Below, in pieces: positions 46,555 through 58,918 of a stretch of 64,000 nucleotides of DNA. The stretch spans positions 1 through 64,000 of the forward strand of contig NW_005201102.1 of assembly GCF_000372725.1 (NCBI RefSeq). Direction: 5' to 3'. The DNA is from Emiliania huxleyi CCMP1516. Lineage: Eukaryota. Numbering within the stretch: the stretch's first letter is position 1; each line of letters starts with the position of its first letter. The position numbers and the translations under genes are program-made. The notes beneath the pieces are model-generated. The model did not search any database. It was not told the DNA's origin and saw only the letters and a program-made list of their open reading frames with translations.

Positions 46555-48356
46555 ATGCCGCCAGCCGACCCGTGTGGCTCGGAGGCACGCCTGGGGCAGC
46601 TCTGGACGGCAGCGGAGGCGTGGGGAGGCGTGCAGCCGTCTATCGCCGCCTGCCCCACGGCGCCGCGCCAGGCGGGTCGAGGCAAACGCGAACAACACAT
46701 GCACTACGCCAGCGCCTTGCGCGCCCCAGAAGACAAATCACTGCCGCCGCCGCCGTCGGCGTGGCTCGACACGCGTCCAGCAGCCAGAGTGGCTCCGGCT
46801 CTGCTGAATAGAGCGTTGCGCCCAAGCGCCGACACGGACAGTCGATCCCTGCGCCTTGAGGTTCGTTCGTTCTTCTCGCAGCACTGCTCCAAGGGCTTTG
46901 GCGAATGCCCACACACCGCACGCGCTAAACAAGGCCTCTCGAAAGACTTCGAGCTGGCTGGAGCAGTGGCGCTGCTGCACGCGCGGCGCGGCTTCGCAAC
47001 GTGCTTGCAGGGCACGAGGCCTTTCCACGTTGAGCGCTTCCCGGACGGGTCGTGGATCATCGGCACGGCAGCAGAAGCGCCGCGGCAGGAGGAAGAGCCT
47101 GCGGCACTGCCGCGATCGGACGAAGAGGCTGCCACGGCAGGGGCGCTCTCGCCGGAGAGTGAAGCAGAGCGGAAGGAGCAACGCAAGGCGAGGCGCGCCG
47201 CAGCTCGCCAGAAGCGAGACCAGAGGATGATCTTCAATCAGCAGGGCGTGGCCGTTGTGCTTAGCCCCTCGGCGCACGAGGCGTGGCTCACCGCCGGCGA
47301 AGAACGGCATCACGACCTTGGCGCGAGAGTGCTGGCTCTGCGGCTCGCCGTGGTGGACTCCTTGACCGGCTCGCGTCTCGGTGTCTTCCTCGTCTCGGCG
47401 CAGGCGCCCTCCTCCAAGGACCCCCACACCGAGGAGTGGGACGCGTTCTACGCCGCGCTCGCCACGGCCATCTCTCGCAAGCAGCCGGGAGATGTGCTGG
47501 TGCTCGGCGCCTCGGCGAACGCCGCCGTCGGCACCAGCTCCACGCAGGAGCGGGAAGCGGCCGCGCGAGAGGCGAAATGCAGCCGAGATATGGCCGAGAT
47601 GTGGCCGAGAGGCGCCGGGGAGAAGATGCTCTTGAAGGCTGTGTAGCGTAGCGTAGGTCACTCCTCTGACAGCGCGCGCTCGCAGCCCTTGCCCGCAACC
47701 ACCCCTGTGACGGCAGCCCCATGCCCGCAACCACCCCTGTGACGGCAGCCCCATGCCCGCAACCACCCCTGTGACGGCAGCCCCATGTGCACAGGAACGG
47801 CGAGAGGCGGCCGTGGCAAGACTCGTCGCGAAATACGGCGACGACGCGCGCGTTGAGCTCGAGCCGCCCGAGCCGTCCGGACCGTCCCTAGATCTCGCGG
47901 CAACTCTCGACTCGCAGCCCACCAACTTCCCGCCTCTGCCCTCTGCGCCGACGAGATGCGTCGGCCCGTTTGGCATCGACTACATTAGCCCTTCTGGCCG
48001 TCGTCTGCTGGGCTTCATGGACACCCACGAGGTCCGGCCGCGCGTTGCGTGCCTCAGCGCCCCAGCCTGGCCCCTCGCCTCACGCGCCTGCTATCTCCGT
48101 CACTCGTACGATTGTCGTTCCCCTGCAGCTGGCGTCGCTCGCCACTTTCTACCCCAAGAAGCACTACGCCACCTGGATCGACCCACGTTCGTCCAACGGG
48201 CACATGAACGACCACATCCTGATCTCGCGTGTGGATCTGGCGCGGTTCTCCGATTGCGGCTCCCGTCCCTGCATGCTGTTCGAAAGCGACCACCATTTGG
48301 TCGGTTGCAAGTTGCGCGTCACGGAACTCGGCGCGGGTGAGGCAGCCGAAGTATAG
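46555..48356 (+). CDS. Intron-containing LINE-type apurinic endonuclease (EEP fold) gene without RT
   Basis: CLQGTR, QQGVAVVLS, RVLALRL, LVSAQAP, FYAAL, LVLGASANAAVG, VGPFG...GRRLL, ATW, NDHIL, SDHHLV; introns at about 47548-47794 and 48032-48128. Confidence 0.78.
47691..47787. repeat. ~32-bp tandem repeat x3, intronic
   Basis: gcccgcaaccacccctgtgacggcagccccat. Confidence 0.9.
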
Positions 48357-48760
48357 GTGTGTAGCCGATGCATTTTTCGCTGCTTTTTTACCAGGGGCCG
48401 GCGTCCATGTGTAATCCGTAATCCGCTAAACGGCGCTAAAGGAAATCTGTCAGTGGCTGCACTAGACGCCCCCATAGTGCACTGAGGCGCGCGGCGCGGG
48501 CGGATGACTACAGACTAGGGGAGAAAAAGCGGAGATCCTAGCTCGCTGGGAGACGTGCGCAACCTAAAGTTGGGAATAGGGGAGAAGTGTCAGTGTGAGG
48601 GGAGGGCGTACGCCGGCGTTTTTGCCTTTGAAAACTCAACCGTTTTTTTTGGGCACGGGGCTGGCGCGGCGGACCGGTTCCTGGGCGACTTTGCGATTCT
48701 GAGGTCTTTCGCGCCTACCGTATTTATTCTTCACACCACTCCCAGGTAGAGGTACCAGGG

Positions 48761-50659
48761 CTAGCGTTGAAGCACTTCGTACTGGACGTCGAGACGTTGC
48801 GCTCGGCCTGACGCGACCGAAGCCTGCATCCGCTCCCACGACTGCTCTAACGTCTCTGTGTCCGCGCCACCTCCCGCCCCCACCCTCCGGATTGGGACGT
48901 CCACCTCGTCGTCCTCGCCACCGTCGTCCTCGCTCTCCTGCGTGTCGGCCACCCGCCGGATGGGCACCTCCTCCTCGTCCTCGTCCTCGTCGTCGTCGTC
49001 GCCGCCGTCGCCGCCGCCGCCGCTCGCAGCGGCCAGCTCCGCACGCCGCCCGCCCCCACCGGCGACTGACAAGCGGCTGATGCCGGCGGCGGCAGCGTCG
49101 CTGCCAGAAACCGCGGCGACCGGCGTGCAATGGTTGCGGTGCGACGGCCAGTCCGCCCGCTGGCACACAGCGCTGCAGTAGAGCACGCCCTTGCACCGGG
49201 AGCAGCGGAGGCAAGCTGGAGGCGCCGCGTCGCGCCCGCCGCCGCCAAAGCCGCCCAGCCTTCTCCCAGCACACCCCGCCCAAGCGCAAGGCTCGCGCAG
49301 CAGCCCGAGGGCGGCGATCCGAGGGCGGCGGAGCAGCTCCGACGAACGCAACGGACCGCCCGCCTCCGCCGCCGCCTCGGCCGCCTCGGTGGCGACCGCC
49401 TCTGCCGCCGCGCACAGCGCGCGCGCCGCATCGCCGCCACCGAGGAAGGCCGCGTCGTCCCTCAGCCACGCGCCGAGCGGCAGCGCCGAGACAGAGGCGA
49501 GCGAGGCGAGGCTGTCGAGCAGCGCAGGCACCTAGCGAGGAGTCGTCCATCCCAAATGACGCGCAACGGCACGCGGCGGAACCACTCTGTCGCGCAGCGC
49601 GGGCGCCGTCTCTCGCCGCGGCCGCTGCGACAGGAGGAAGCGGCCGATGGCGGCGTTGGAGCGGAGAAGTGCGAGCGGTGCGGCGGGCGTGGCGGCGGCG
49701 GCGGCGGCGGCGGCGAGCGCTTCGACTGCGGCAGCGGCGAGGTCGGAGGCGAGAGAGACGCACCAGCCTCCCTCGTCGTCGGCGGCGGCGTCGGCACCAC
49801 CCATCGCACGCGCCTGCCAGCTGCTCGCGAGCAGCGGCAAGCAGACCTGCAGCGCCGCCAGCGGCCGCTGCCGCAGCGTGCTCACGAGCGGCGCGTTGGA
49901 AAGGAGGCCGGCGCCCGCAGCCACAACCTCCCGCGGCGCACCCCCGGCGCACAGGAGGCTGAACCGGCCGACCAAGTGCCCCTCCGCCGTGGCGGCGTGC
50001 GCGGCTGGCCAGCCTAGCTGCGCGAGCGGTGACGGCGGCTCCTCGGGCTCCGCCTCGCAGCGGCTGCAGCGGCACGGAAAGTGGAGGTGGGCCCGGCGAG
50101 CGCGCCGCGGCAGAACCAGCAGGCGGGGAGGCAGGTACGAGTGAAAGAGCTCGCTCCCCTCCTCGATGGCGGCAACCGCAAACAGCGCAAAGTTGCCTCC
50201 GAGCCGGGTGGACAGGCAGTTTGGGTCGCAGCTGTGGTTGAGCTTCGCCGCCGTCTCGTAGAAGGCCGCGCCGTGCTCGACGCCGAGGAGGGGCGTCTCG
50301 AGGCCAAAGGCGTTGTGTCGCACGGCATCGTACACCGCCAGCGCTGCCACCTCGTCGACGCCGCTGGCGCAGAGCCGTCGCAACGCCTCGTCGCTGATCG
50401 GCGGCGCTGCTGCGGCGTGCTCGGTCGCTCCACCGCGCTGCTGCGGCGCTGCGAAGCGCGCTGCCCAGTCTGAGCCGCGGCCGCTCTCCAGCAGCGCTTT
50501 AGCCAGGGCGGCCTCGACCGACTCCGACTCGTCATCTCCACACGTCGTGGCGGCTGGCGCCTCGGTCAGCAGCACCGCGCCAGCTGGGATGTGGCAGCTC
50601 GCGACGAGATGCGAGCCACGCCAGTCGGGCGAGGTGCGGCACGTGTAGGCCGCACACAT
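48761..50659 (-). CDS. SET-domain protein with C-terminal MYND zinc finger
   Basis: GSHLVASCHIPAGAVLLTEAP, NAFG, KLNHSCDPN, ELFHSY, post-SET FPCRCSRC; second exon CSRCKGVLYCSAVCQRADWPSHRNHC and an acidic tail. Confidence 0.88.
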
Positions 50660-51042
50660 GGTAGGGACGGGGCGTGCGCGGCGTCGTGGGCTTCTTCGCT
50701 GTCCGTGCTCGGGGATGGCCCCGCCAGGCCGTCACCGCGGTTTCTTTTATTGACAGTGGAGTTGTGAAGTTGCGGAGTCCAGCGTCCACCCATACCGCGC
50801 CAGTGTCCAGTCCGACTTTCTTTTCGCTTTCCTTGAGTGCTGTTGTGTTTTTGTTTTAATCTATCAAAACTTGATACGCTGTCTGTAACTTGACACGCTG
50901 TTTACCAGCTCGCTTTTTCGCTTTGATTAGCGCCGCCGTCACCATCAAAGCAAATTTACGTGCAAGAGAAAACCCAGCGGACGGATGTGGCACGCCATCC
51001 TGTGACGGCCCGACGAGGCGCTTTGAGAGCGTCTCTTCCTGA

Positions 51043-53906
51043 ATGACCTTGGCAATCGTCGTCCTCGTCTCTGGTGCTGCACACCGGTCGAGCATCTCGT
51101 GCCCGATAGCCTTCGTCGACCTCTCTCTTCCTCTTGTCTCTTGCGTGCGCGCCGGCGGCGAGTGGCGGGCGATCGAGAGATTGGCAACCACTTCTCGAGT
51201 CCCAGAGCAGGAATTTGTGAAGCACGAGGCGCCGCCGGCTACGGCGAGCATCCCTCGCAAGACCCTTGAGGCGTCGACCATCGGCGTCCTCGGCCCGCTC
51301 GATGCGTCAAGGACCAAGGCGGCGCTCGGCGGGCGTGCGGGCGGAGCAAAGCGGCACTGCCTGCTCCTCCAGAGTGAAGGGGCCATCGACCAGTCCCTCG
51401 GCTCCTCGCCGAGAAACTCAGCGTGGCCCACGGAGGTCCGCTCCACCCAGGTCGCCGAATCGAAGACAGCCGAGTCGACTGATCTCTTCTGTGACTTTGC
51501 CGACTGGCGGCCCGCCTCCTTCCACTTCACCGACTCCTCGCTGCTCGAGGTCGAAAGGGGAGAGCTGGAGCGGGCGAGTCAGGTGCTCGACCCGCACTGC
51601 ACCCGCCACGCTGCTGCATCACGCACTCAAACCTTCGCCTCTCTGGCCCTCCCCATCTCCCGCGCCGCCCGCCCGTCTGCTGTCTGAGCCTCTCCTGTCT
51701 GAGCGCTGCTCCCGTGCCGCCCAGGTGGGCACCTGCCAACCCGCCACGGCGGACGGGCACCCAGTGTTCGAACCCGAGGCGCCAACGACCGAGGTGGCGA
51801 AGGGGCACCACCCGACCAAGCTGGCCGAGATCATGCCCGTGAACGTGCCCGAGTCGTGGACCGCCGGCGGTGCTGGGCAGCTCCGAAAGCTGGTCGAGAC
51901 GGGCCTCGGCTTGGTCGAGACGGGCCTCGTCTGCGCGGGATCCTTGCTGCTCGGGCGTTCGCGAGTCGCCTCGCTCGAAGCATCCGTCACACAAGTCCGC
52001 TTGGCCACCGCCGCGCTGCTCGTCGGCAGGGTGCATGGCAGCACGCCATCGCCAACATGCACGGATCTCCCGGGTGCATCATCTGGGGATACTTGGTTCG
52101 ACGGCTCCAACGGGTGTGCCGCTTACTCAAATGCCGGCTGGTGCGACGCCTATGGCAACGCTGATTACAACGGCGAGGGCACGGCCAACGATAAGTGCTG
52201 CGTGTGTGGGGGCGGGGTGGCCAATCAGAGTGCATGTGGCGAATGCGTCGCGTGCAGGTGCGTTGCGTGCGTCGGTGCCCCATCGGGATGCTATCCCTAC
52301 GATCCTACCGGATCTGCAGGACCACCGAGCGCTGAAGAGTGCATTGGTTCTGGTGGCATTGATTGCTCCGTCGCATCGCCGTCGCCGTACCCGCCTCAAA
52401 TGGCACCAACTCCACCGCCTTCGCCGCCACCAATGCTGCCTTCACCGCCGCTGTCACCCCAGCCGCCACGGTTCTGTGCGTGCGCTAGCGTTTGGTCCGA
52501 CCCTAGCTGTGGAGGCACACAGTACGGCTGCCCGGACGTGTCCTGTGAGAACCCCGACGAGCGGCCGTGGTGCGTGGCGGAGCGCTACCCCTGCGATTCC
52601 TCCACTCCCGCCGTCGACCACAGCTACATGAGCTACTCCTACGAGTCGACTGACAGGGGCGAAGGGGACGTGCCAAGCGTGGCACTGGACAATAATGGCG
52701 TCGCCTGGTTCTACTGCAATCCCGAGCCGTCGCCGTCGCCGTCTCCCGAACCTTGCCCTAACTGCCAAGAGCCGTCGTCGGCGCTGCTGCCTCCGTCTCC
52801 GCCCTCGCACCCGCTCGCATACTACACCGTCACCACGACGCCGGGATCGTGGCCTAGCGAGGTGAGCTGGGACTTCCGGTGCGGCGGCGAAGTCGTCCTC
52901 TCGTCGGCGCCCTACACCGGCTCAGACCAGTGTGGGCTCTGCCCAGACTTCCAGACCGAGTACGGCGTCTCCCTCTCGCCCGGCGTCGAGTGCGAGCTCC
53001 ACATGTACGATTCATACGGCGACGGCTGGAACGGCGCTAACTGGTCAGGCCTCGGGCAGGAGGGCTTCACCGTTACCTCTGGGCCTGAGGAGAGGAAGTC
53101 CTTTGTGGTGCCGTTTGCGCCGCCCTCCCCACCGCCATCACCGCCGCAGCTACCGCCACCACCTTCGTCGCCGCCGTCACCGCCGCAGCTGCCACCCGGC
53201 TGCCCGCTCACCGGGCCCCACGGGGACATGTACCTCAACGGTTATTGCTCCCCGATGGTGACCGCGGTGACTTGGGATGAAGCAGCCGTTTTCGTGGGTG
53301 CGCAGGACGGCTGTAACGGCATCACGTACGAGCCATACAACTCGCGCTACACGGGCCGTGCGGGCACGACGCTCTACAGCTCGCCAAGTGGGGAGACCAG
53401 TTGGTTGGTCGAGTGTTCGCCCCCGCCCCCGCTACCCCCTTCGCCACCGCCTACACCGCCTTCGCCGCCAACATCGCCTTCATCGCCGTCGCCCCCGCAG
53501 ACGCCACCGTTGCCTCCCCAGCCGCCACGGGCACCGCTCCAGCTCACCGGCCCATGCTCGCTCACCGACGGAGGCTCGTGCGCCACGTCGCCAAACTACC
53601 CGAACAGCTACGGCAACGACGAGGAGTGCAGCATCATTGGCGTGCCGCCGGTCGGGCTCGAGACGGTCGCCTTTGATGTAGAGGCGGACAGCAGCTGCCG
53701 CTGGGACTACCTCACCGTCAACGGCGTGAATTACTGCAGCACCTCGGGGCCGAATGGCGTGGTGGCGGAGGACGGCGTCATCGAGTGGTTCTCCGACAAT
53801 ATCGGCACCAGGCCGGGCTGGAAGGCGCGCCCTGGGCTCTCTCGCCTTCCCCCCTATTGCACTTCTCTGATGCCCCTCTTCCCTCTGCCGTCGTCAGATC
53901 TGCTGA
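51043..53906 (+). CDS. Proline-rich, Cys-rich extracellular protein with a CUB-like domain (ends at a rearrangement junction)
   Basis: SPPP linkers, Cys-rich modules, a WPSEVSW...MYDSYGDGWNG module and CUB-like TSPNYPNSYGNDEEC...FDVE..CRWDYLTVNG...WFSD...GWK|IC*. The 5' exon structure is uncertain. Confidence 0.7.
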
Positions 53907-56463
53907 GTGCCGCGGGCTGCACGACCTCGAGTATGTCATCTCACAGGTGACTGCTTGCCGAGAGATGTGCTCCCAGACACTTCCAACACCTGCGCTCGAC
54001 ATGTCCAAGACACCTGCTAGACGGCTCTCCAGACACTCACGAGGCGCCCCATCTCTGGACCACATCACTGCCTGATGGTGGATTTTGCCGCCGCCCTCGC
54101 AGGGGCTCGCCCACCGCCACTCGCGCCACCACCTGCTCAACCAGCACTCGTCCCGCTCGCACGCGGTGCTCTCCGTCTACCTCGACGTGGCCGACTCGGC
54201 CGAGGCGCCGCCCGGCCGGTACGGCCGCCTCTCGCTCCTCGACCTCGCCGGCTCGGAGAACGTCCGCGCGTCGCAGTCGAGCGGCGGCGGCCTCAAGGAG
54301 GCGGGCGCCATCAACCGCTCGCTCTTCGCGCTCGCCCAGGTCATCAAGTCGCTCTCGCTCGGCCCGGGCCGTGGCCCGCCGCACGTGCCGTACCGCGACT
54401 CTGTCCTCACCAAGCTGCTCGCCGACTCGCTCGGCGGCAGCGCGCACACCCTCATGATCGCCACCGTCTCACCGCTCGCCGCGTACCTCGACGAGACTGT
54501 CAGAACGCTGCACTACGCGTGCTCGGCCGGCGCGAGCCACAGCCGGCCGGTGGTCGAGAGCGCGAAATAGGGCGACCCCATGCGCGTCGTGTGCATCTCA
54601 TAGGAGCGATCCGCAACCGGCCCGTGGTCAAGCTCGACCCGCAGCAGCAGCTCATCGCGAAGCTCAAGGCGGAGGTGCTCGAGCTCAAGCAGCAGGTGCC
54701 GGCTCTCACGCATCACCCTCGAGAGATAACCTGAGCTCACCAAGGGCACCCAAAAGAGCCGAAGATGCGACCCCTGATGCGACTTCCACAGGTTGAATTC
54801 CTCACGCACAAGCTCACCCACGCCAACACGCGCCTCGCCTCGCGCGCCACCGACGGCGACGAGCAGCATGCCTCGTCTTTGCAGCACGCTGCGGCCGAGC
54901 CAAGGGCGCACCACTTCGAAGCGTGGACACCCTGCACCGATGAGGCGCCCCGGCGGGGGTTCGGCGAAAGGACTCCGGACTCCTCTCCGCGGCAGTACCA
55001 CCCGACCCCCGTCAAGCCGAGGGGCGAGGGCGAGAGGGGCGAGGGAGAAAGGGGCGAGCGCGGCGGCGAGAGGCACGAGCCGGAGCCGCTGCGCGAGCGG
55101 GAGGTCAGCGACGAGCTCCCTTCGCGCGCTTGGCCGCCCAGCTGGGGGGGCGTGCCCGCCCCGGCGGAGCCTCCGTCGAGCCTCGCCAATTCGTCCCTCT
55201 CACCCGACTCGGCTGCCGCCGCGTCCTTTCGCGCGCCGGTGGCCTTCTGCGACTTGTCCAACCAAGCGTGGGGCGCCCCGGCGGCGCAACCGCCTGCACC
55301 CGCGCGGCCTCATACGGCCCACGCCTCTGGCGGAAGCTACGCTTCTGATCGCGGGCTGATTGGCAATGGGCATGGGCACGAGGCGGCGCGCCAGCTCTAC
55401 GCGGCACTCGCAAGGTGTGGGCGAGATCCGACTGAGATCTTGACGGCCCATAGGCGCGCCAACTCGATGCGGTGCTCGCGCGCCTCGCGGCCGCCGATGC
55501 CGCGAGCGGCGTGCACGGTGGCACACCTCTGCGCACGGCAGCGGCGCGGCCGCCGCACTCGCGTGTCAAGCAGCCGCGAGCGTCGCGTTCGCCCGCTGCC
55601 GGACTCGACCCCGACCTCGAGCGGTGGGTGCGCGACTTGCAACTCACAGCTGGCCATGGCGCCACTGCCTCCGCCGCCGCCGCCGCCGCCACCGCCACCG
55701 CCACCAGCCTCCTCGACGGCGGCGGCGTTGTCAGCAGCCCCTTGGGCGCGAGACATGCCCTCTCTGAGGAAGACAAGACGGCCTTCGCATGACCAAGACG
55801 CTCGAGACGCGTCCATAGGCGCGAGCCCCGCCTCTCTGAAGGAGAATGCGAGCACGGCGCCGCTCGCGACGCCCAACGGCACGGCGCACCAGCGCCGCTC
55901 CCACTGCAAGCGCACGCGTCCCGACACGTCCACGTCACATCCTCAGGCGTGATGCATCTCCGCAGTGGGGCGAGCGGCGCTCTGTCTGCGGGCGCCAAGA
56001 CGGCGGCGCCGACCGCGGCTCGACGCTCTGAGCGCGAGCTTGTCCTCGAGAAGGTGGCCTTCTGGGGAGTTTCCTCCTCACTGCGACCCATAGCCCACCC
56101 CCGTGGAACCCCACCCGACAGGAGCTGCGGCAGCTGACGAGTTTCTCCCTGACCAAGCCCGGCCCGCCCCCCTCCTTCTCGGCGCGCGAGCCGAGCCCGC
56201 GCCCGCTCGCATGGACCAACGGGGGGGGTGGCGCTGCGGGGTCTGCAGATGAGCGGGTGCTCCGCATCGAGCAGCCTCCCGGCCACGGGCGGGATGCGCG
56301 GCGGGCGCGGTCTCCGGACTATGCGCCCGAGCCGCCCAGCGCCGTCGCAGAGGCTCCGCCGCCAACCGCCGGCGGTGGGGGGGGCGGCATCATCCGGCGC
56401 AGCGCACGCGAGCTCGAGCTCGAGCGCACCTTGAGAGAGCTGACGAAATTCTCGGTGCTGTGA
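53905..56463 (+). pseudogene. 5'-truncated kinesin (C-terminal half of motor + stalk/tail; KIF12-like)
   Basis: ECRGLHDLEYVISQ|GLAHR...NQHSSRSH, LLDLAGSE, INRSL, HVPYRDSVLTKLLADSLGG, ETVRTLHYA, IRNRPVV. No P-loop (GxxGxGKT) exon was found upstream. Confidence 0.8.
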
Positions 56464-56666
56464 TTCGGTGCCCTTGTGTGTGTAGTTTATATCCCCGCAC
56501 TTGGAGCGCTTGGACTGAAAGTCCGCTTTGTCTTTTTGCCGCCCAGAATTCTTTTGGAGTGACATCAAGGAAAGGTGTAAATTCTTTTCGAGCCCTGGGG
56601 GGGGGGGGCGCGCGCCGGCTCTTCCACACTTCGTTCGCAGCTGCGCCTGGTGTCGATTTCTTCCAC

Positions 56667-57659
56667 ATGGCGGCTCCCGACTGCATGCCGGACGCGCTCT
56701 GCGATTTCCTCGAGGAGTTCTGCATGCCTGGACCGTCTGAGGATGGGCTGCCGGATGGACCGCCTTCTTCTGCCGCTTGCCCAGAGCCAGTTGCTACGCC
56801 GCACCCGAAGAGGACAGTGGCGTGCGAGGTGGCGTGCGAGGAGTGCAGCGAGGTGGCGTGGGCCGACGCGGCCGCCCTGAGCTTGCAGGAGAACGGCTTT
56901 GTCGTCCTCCGAGCCTCGACGGCGGAGCCGCTCATCGATGCGGCGACGTGCGAGGAGTGCCGCCGAATCGCCGCGGCGCAGCTGGCGCGACTCTTCGCGC
57001 TCTTGCGAGGTCGCGGCGTCGATCCGAGGAGGGACCGCTTCACCTTTGGCGAGGTGTGCGCCCGGACAGCCGGCGGCCGCCGGCCGGACATGCGCCTACC
57101 GACGGAGGGCAGCGAGGCGGAGGCGTGGTCGCCGCTCCTGCGCGCAGTCGACCGCTGGGTGCGTCCCGTCCTCGAGAGGTCGCAGCTCGCCGAGGACGGC
57201 CCGAGCGGCGTGCGCGTCGACGGCGCCGGGTGCGTCACCGCGCTGCCCGGCGCGCCAGAGCAGCACCTCCACCCCGACGGCACCGCACGCGGGCTGGTCA
57301 ACTGCTTCGCGCCGCTCGTGCGGGTGGACGCCGCCAACGGGCCGACCGAGCTGGCGGCCGGCTCCCACCACGCGGGCGCTTGCGAGGAGCAGCTCGCGGA
57401 GGATTGCTGCTTTGCGGCGCCGCACCTGCTGCCGGGCGAGCTGCTGCTCTTCGACTACCGCGTGCTACACCGCGGGAGGGCAAACTGCACCGCCGAGCCG
57501 AGGCCGGTGGCTTACGTGACCTACTCCACGCGGCGCGCCGTCAGCGACCAGCACAACTTCCCTGCAGACCGGTGGCTTTTGCCGCCGGCGACCGGCTCAG
57601 CGAGCACAACTCTTGGCCACGACGTTACACAGTGTGAGGATATTAGCATATTACGGTAG
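56667..57659 (+). CDS. PhyH-family Fe(II)/2-oxoglutarate dioxygenase
   Basis: LQENGFVVL, QHLHPD (HxD), NGPTEL..GSH, GELLLFDYRVLHRGRAN...RPVAY. Confidence 0.9.
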   Translation: MAAPDCMPDALCDFLEEFCMPGPSEDGLPDGPPSSAACPEPVATPHPKRTVACEVACEECSEVAWADAAALSLQENGFVVLRASTAEPLIDAATCEECRRIAAAQLARLFALLRGRGVDPRRDRFTFGEVCARTAGGRRPDMRLPTEGSEAEAWSPLLRAVDRWVRPVLERSQLAEDGPSGVRVDGAGCVTALPGAPEQHLHPDGTARGLVNCFAPLVRVDAANGPTELAAGSHHAGACEEQLAEDCCFAAPHLLPGELLLFDYRVLHRGRANCTAEPRPVAYVTYSTRRAVSDQHNFPADRWLLPPATGSASTTLGHDVTQCEDISILR

Positions 57660-58015
57660 TCACGGACAGGGTGGAGTGACCATCCTCTCAGACTCAGTGC
57701 ACCCGTTCAGGTTCATTTTGATATTTGAAAAAAACGAAAATCGGTATTACCAAAAGCTCACTGTACGTAGGGCGCGTGGGGTAGTGTGTGTGTCGCTGTG
57801 CCCCCTGACACATACATACGTACCGTACAAACCAGAGAACCGTACGTTTGGTACGTATAAGATCGTACGCTGTGCTGCAATCTCCGAAGTTCTCTCCGTA
57901 ACTGTGTCGTGTTGCCCTTTACCGAGTCGAGATCGCTGAGCTCTCGGTCAACGTTCCTCGTAAGTCTGCCTCCTGCGCGGTCTCTTTCGTCTGCGCGCGC
58001 TATCTCCTCTGCCTC

Positions 58016-58918
58016 TCACTTGTCGACGGTTCCGTCGCCTCCCTGTCGGCGCCTCTCTCGCCGGGCCTTCTTCGCCTCGTCTCGCCTGCGGTGCTTCTCC
58101 CGCTTACCCTCCTCTCGCTTCTGATGCCGCTCCTCCTTATTGCTGCCGGCAGGGCGCTGGCTGCGGCGGCAGTTTGGCGAGCGCGAGATGGCGGCAGTTC
58201 CGCCGCTGCTGCCGGCGTAGCACCAGGTTGTGGTTGCGTTCACGGCCACGAGCCTCCAGTCCCCGCGGCTGCGCGAGCCCTCTGGCAGGACGAGCGCCGT
58301 GAGCTGGCCTCCGTACACGCACCCCGTGTCGATGCCGGTGGCGAAGGGGTGGAGCTGCAGCCGGCGGCGCGAGTCGTGCCCAAAGATGACGTGCGTCGGC
58401 CCGCGCCAGCTCGCCGCCCACGAGACGGCCCCGGCCGTTGGCGAAGGCAGGCCGGCGGCATCGAGGCTCCGCATCGCCGTCAGGTCGGCATGCTGCTGCT
58501 GTGCGAGCGGGACGCCCGCGCGCAGCCCTGCGTGCGCGACGATGGCGTTATGCTCCGGCAGCGCCAATCGGTCGGGCCGGCCGCGCAGCCACTCCACCTC
58601 GCCGCGCGTCAGCTGCTCGCCCGTCATTCTGTTGCCCTCGCCAGAGCCAGAGCGTTTTCCAGCGGGCACGCCCTGATCTCGCTGTTTCAGCCACGTGAGC
58701 AGGTTACGCTCGTGGTTGCCGACGAGTATCTCGCTGCCCGCTGCGGCTGCAGCCACAGTGTTGCGCGCAAGCCGCAGCGACGCAACTGGGTCGGGACCTT
58801 TGGAGATCACGTCGCCGACGAAGACGACCCTGTCACTCGGCCCGGGCGAGAGCCGGGCGAGCATCTGCTGCAGCTCTCGGTGGCAGCCATGGACGTCACC
58901 GATGACCATCGTCCGCAT
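58016..58918 (-). CDS. Calcineurin-like metallophosphoesterase (ApaH/PrpE-like)
   Basis: IGDVHGC, VGDVISKGPD, GNHE, HAG, FGHD, IDTGCVYGGQLTA. Confidence 0.92.
   Translation of the reverse strand: MRTMVIGDVHGCHRELQQMLARLSPGPSDRVVFVGDVISKGPDPVASLRLARNTVAAAAAGSEILVGNHERNLLTWLKQRDQGVPAGKRSGSGEGNRMTGEQLTRGEVEWLRGRPDRLALPEHNAIVAHAGLRAGVPLAQQQHADLTAMRSLDAAGLPSPTAGAVSWAASWRGPTHVIFGHDSRRRLQLHPFATGIDTGCVYGGQLTALVLPEGSRSRGDWRLVAVNATTTWCYAGSSGGTAAISRSPNCRRSQRPAGSNKEERHQKREEGKREKHRRRDEAKKARRERRRQGGDGTVDK

Noticed and set aside
57658..57903. MITE with 12-bp terminal inverted repeats
   Set aside because: Only a 10/12 match, no TSD and no second copy in the window.
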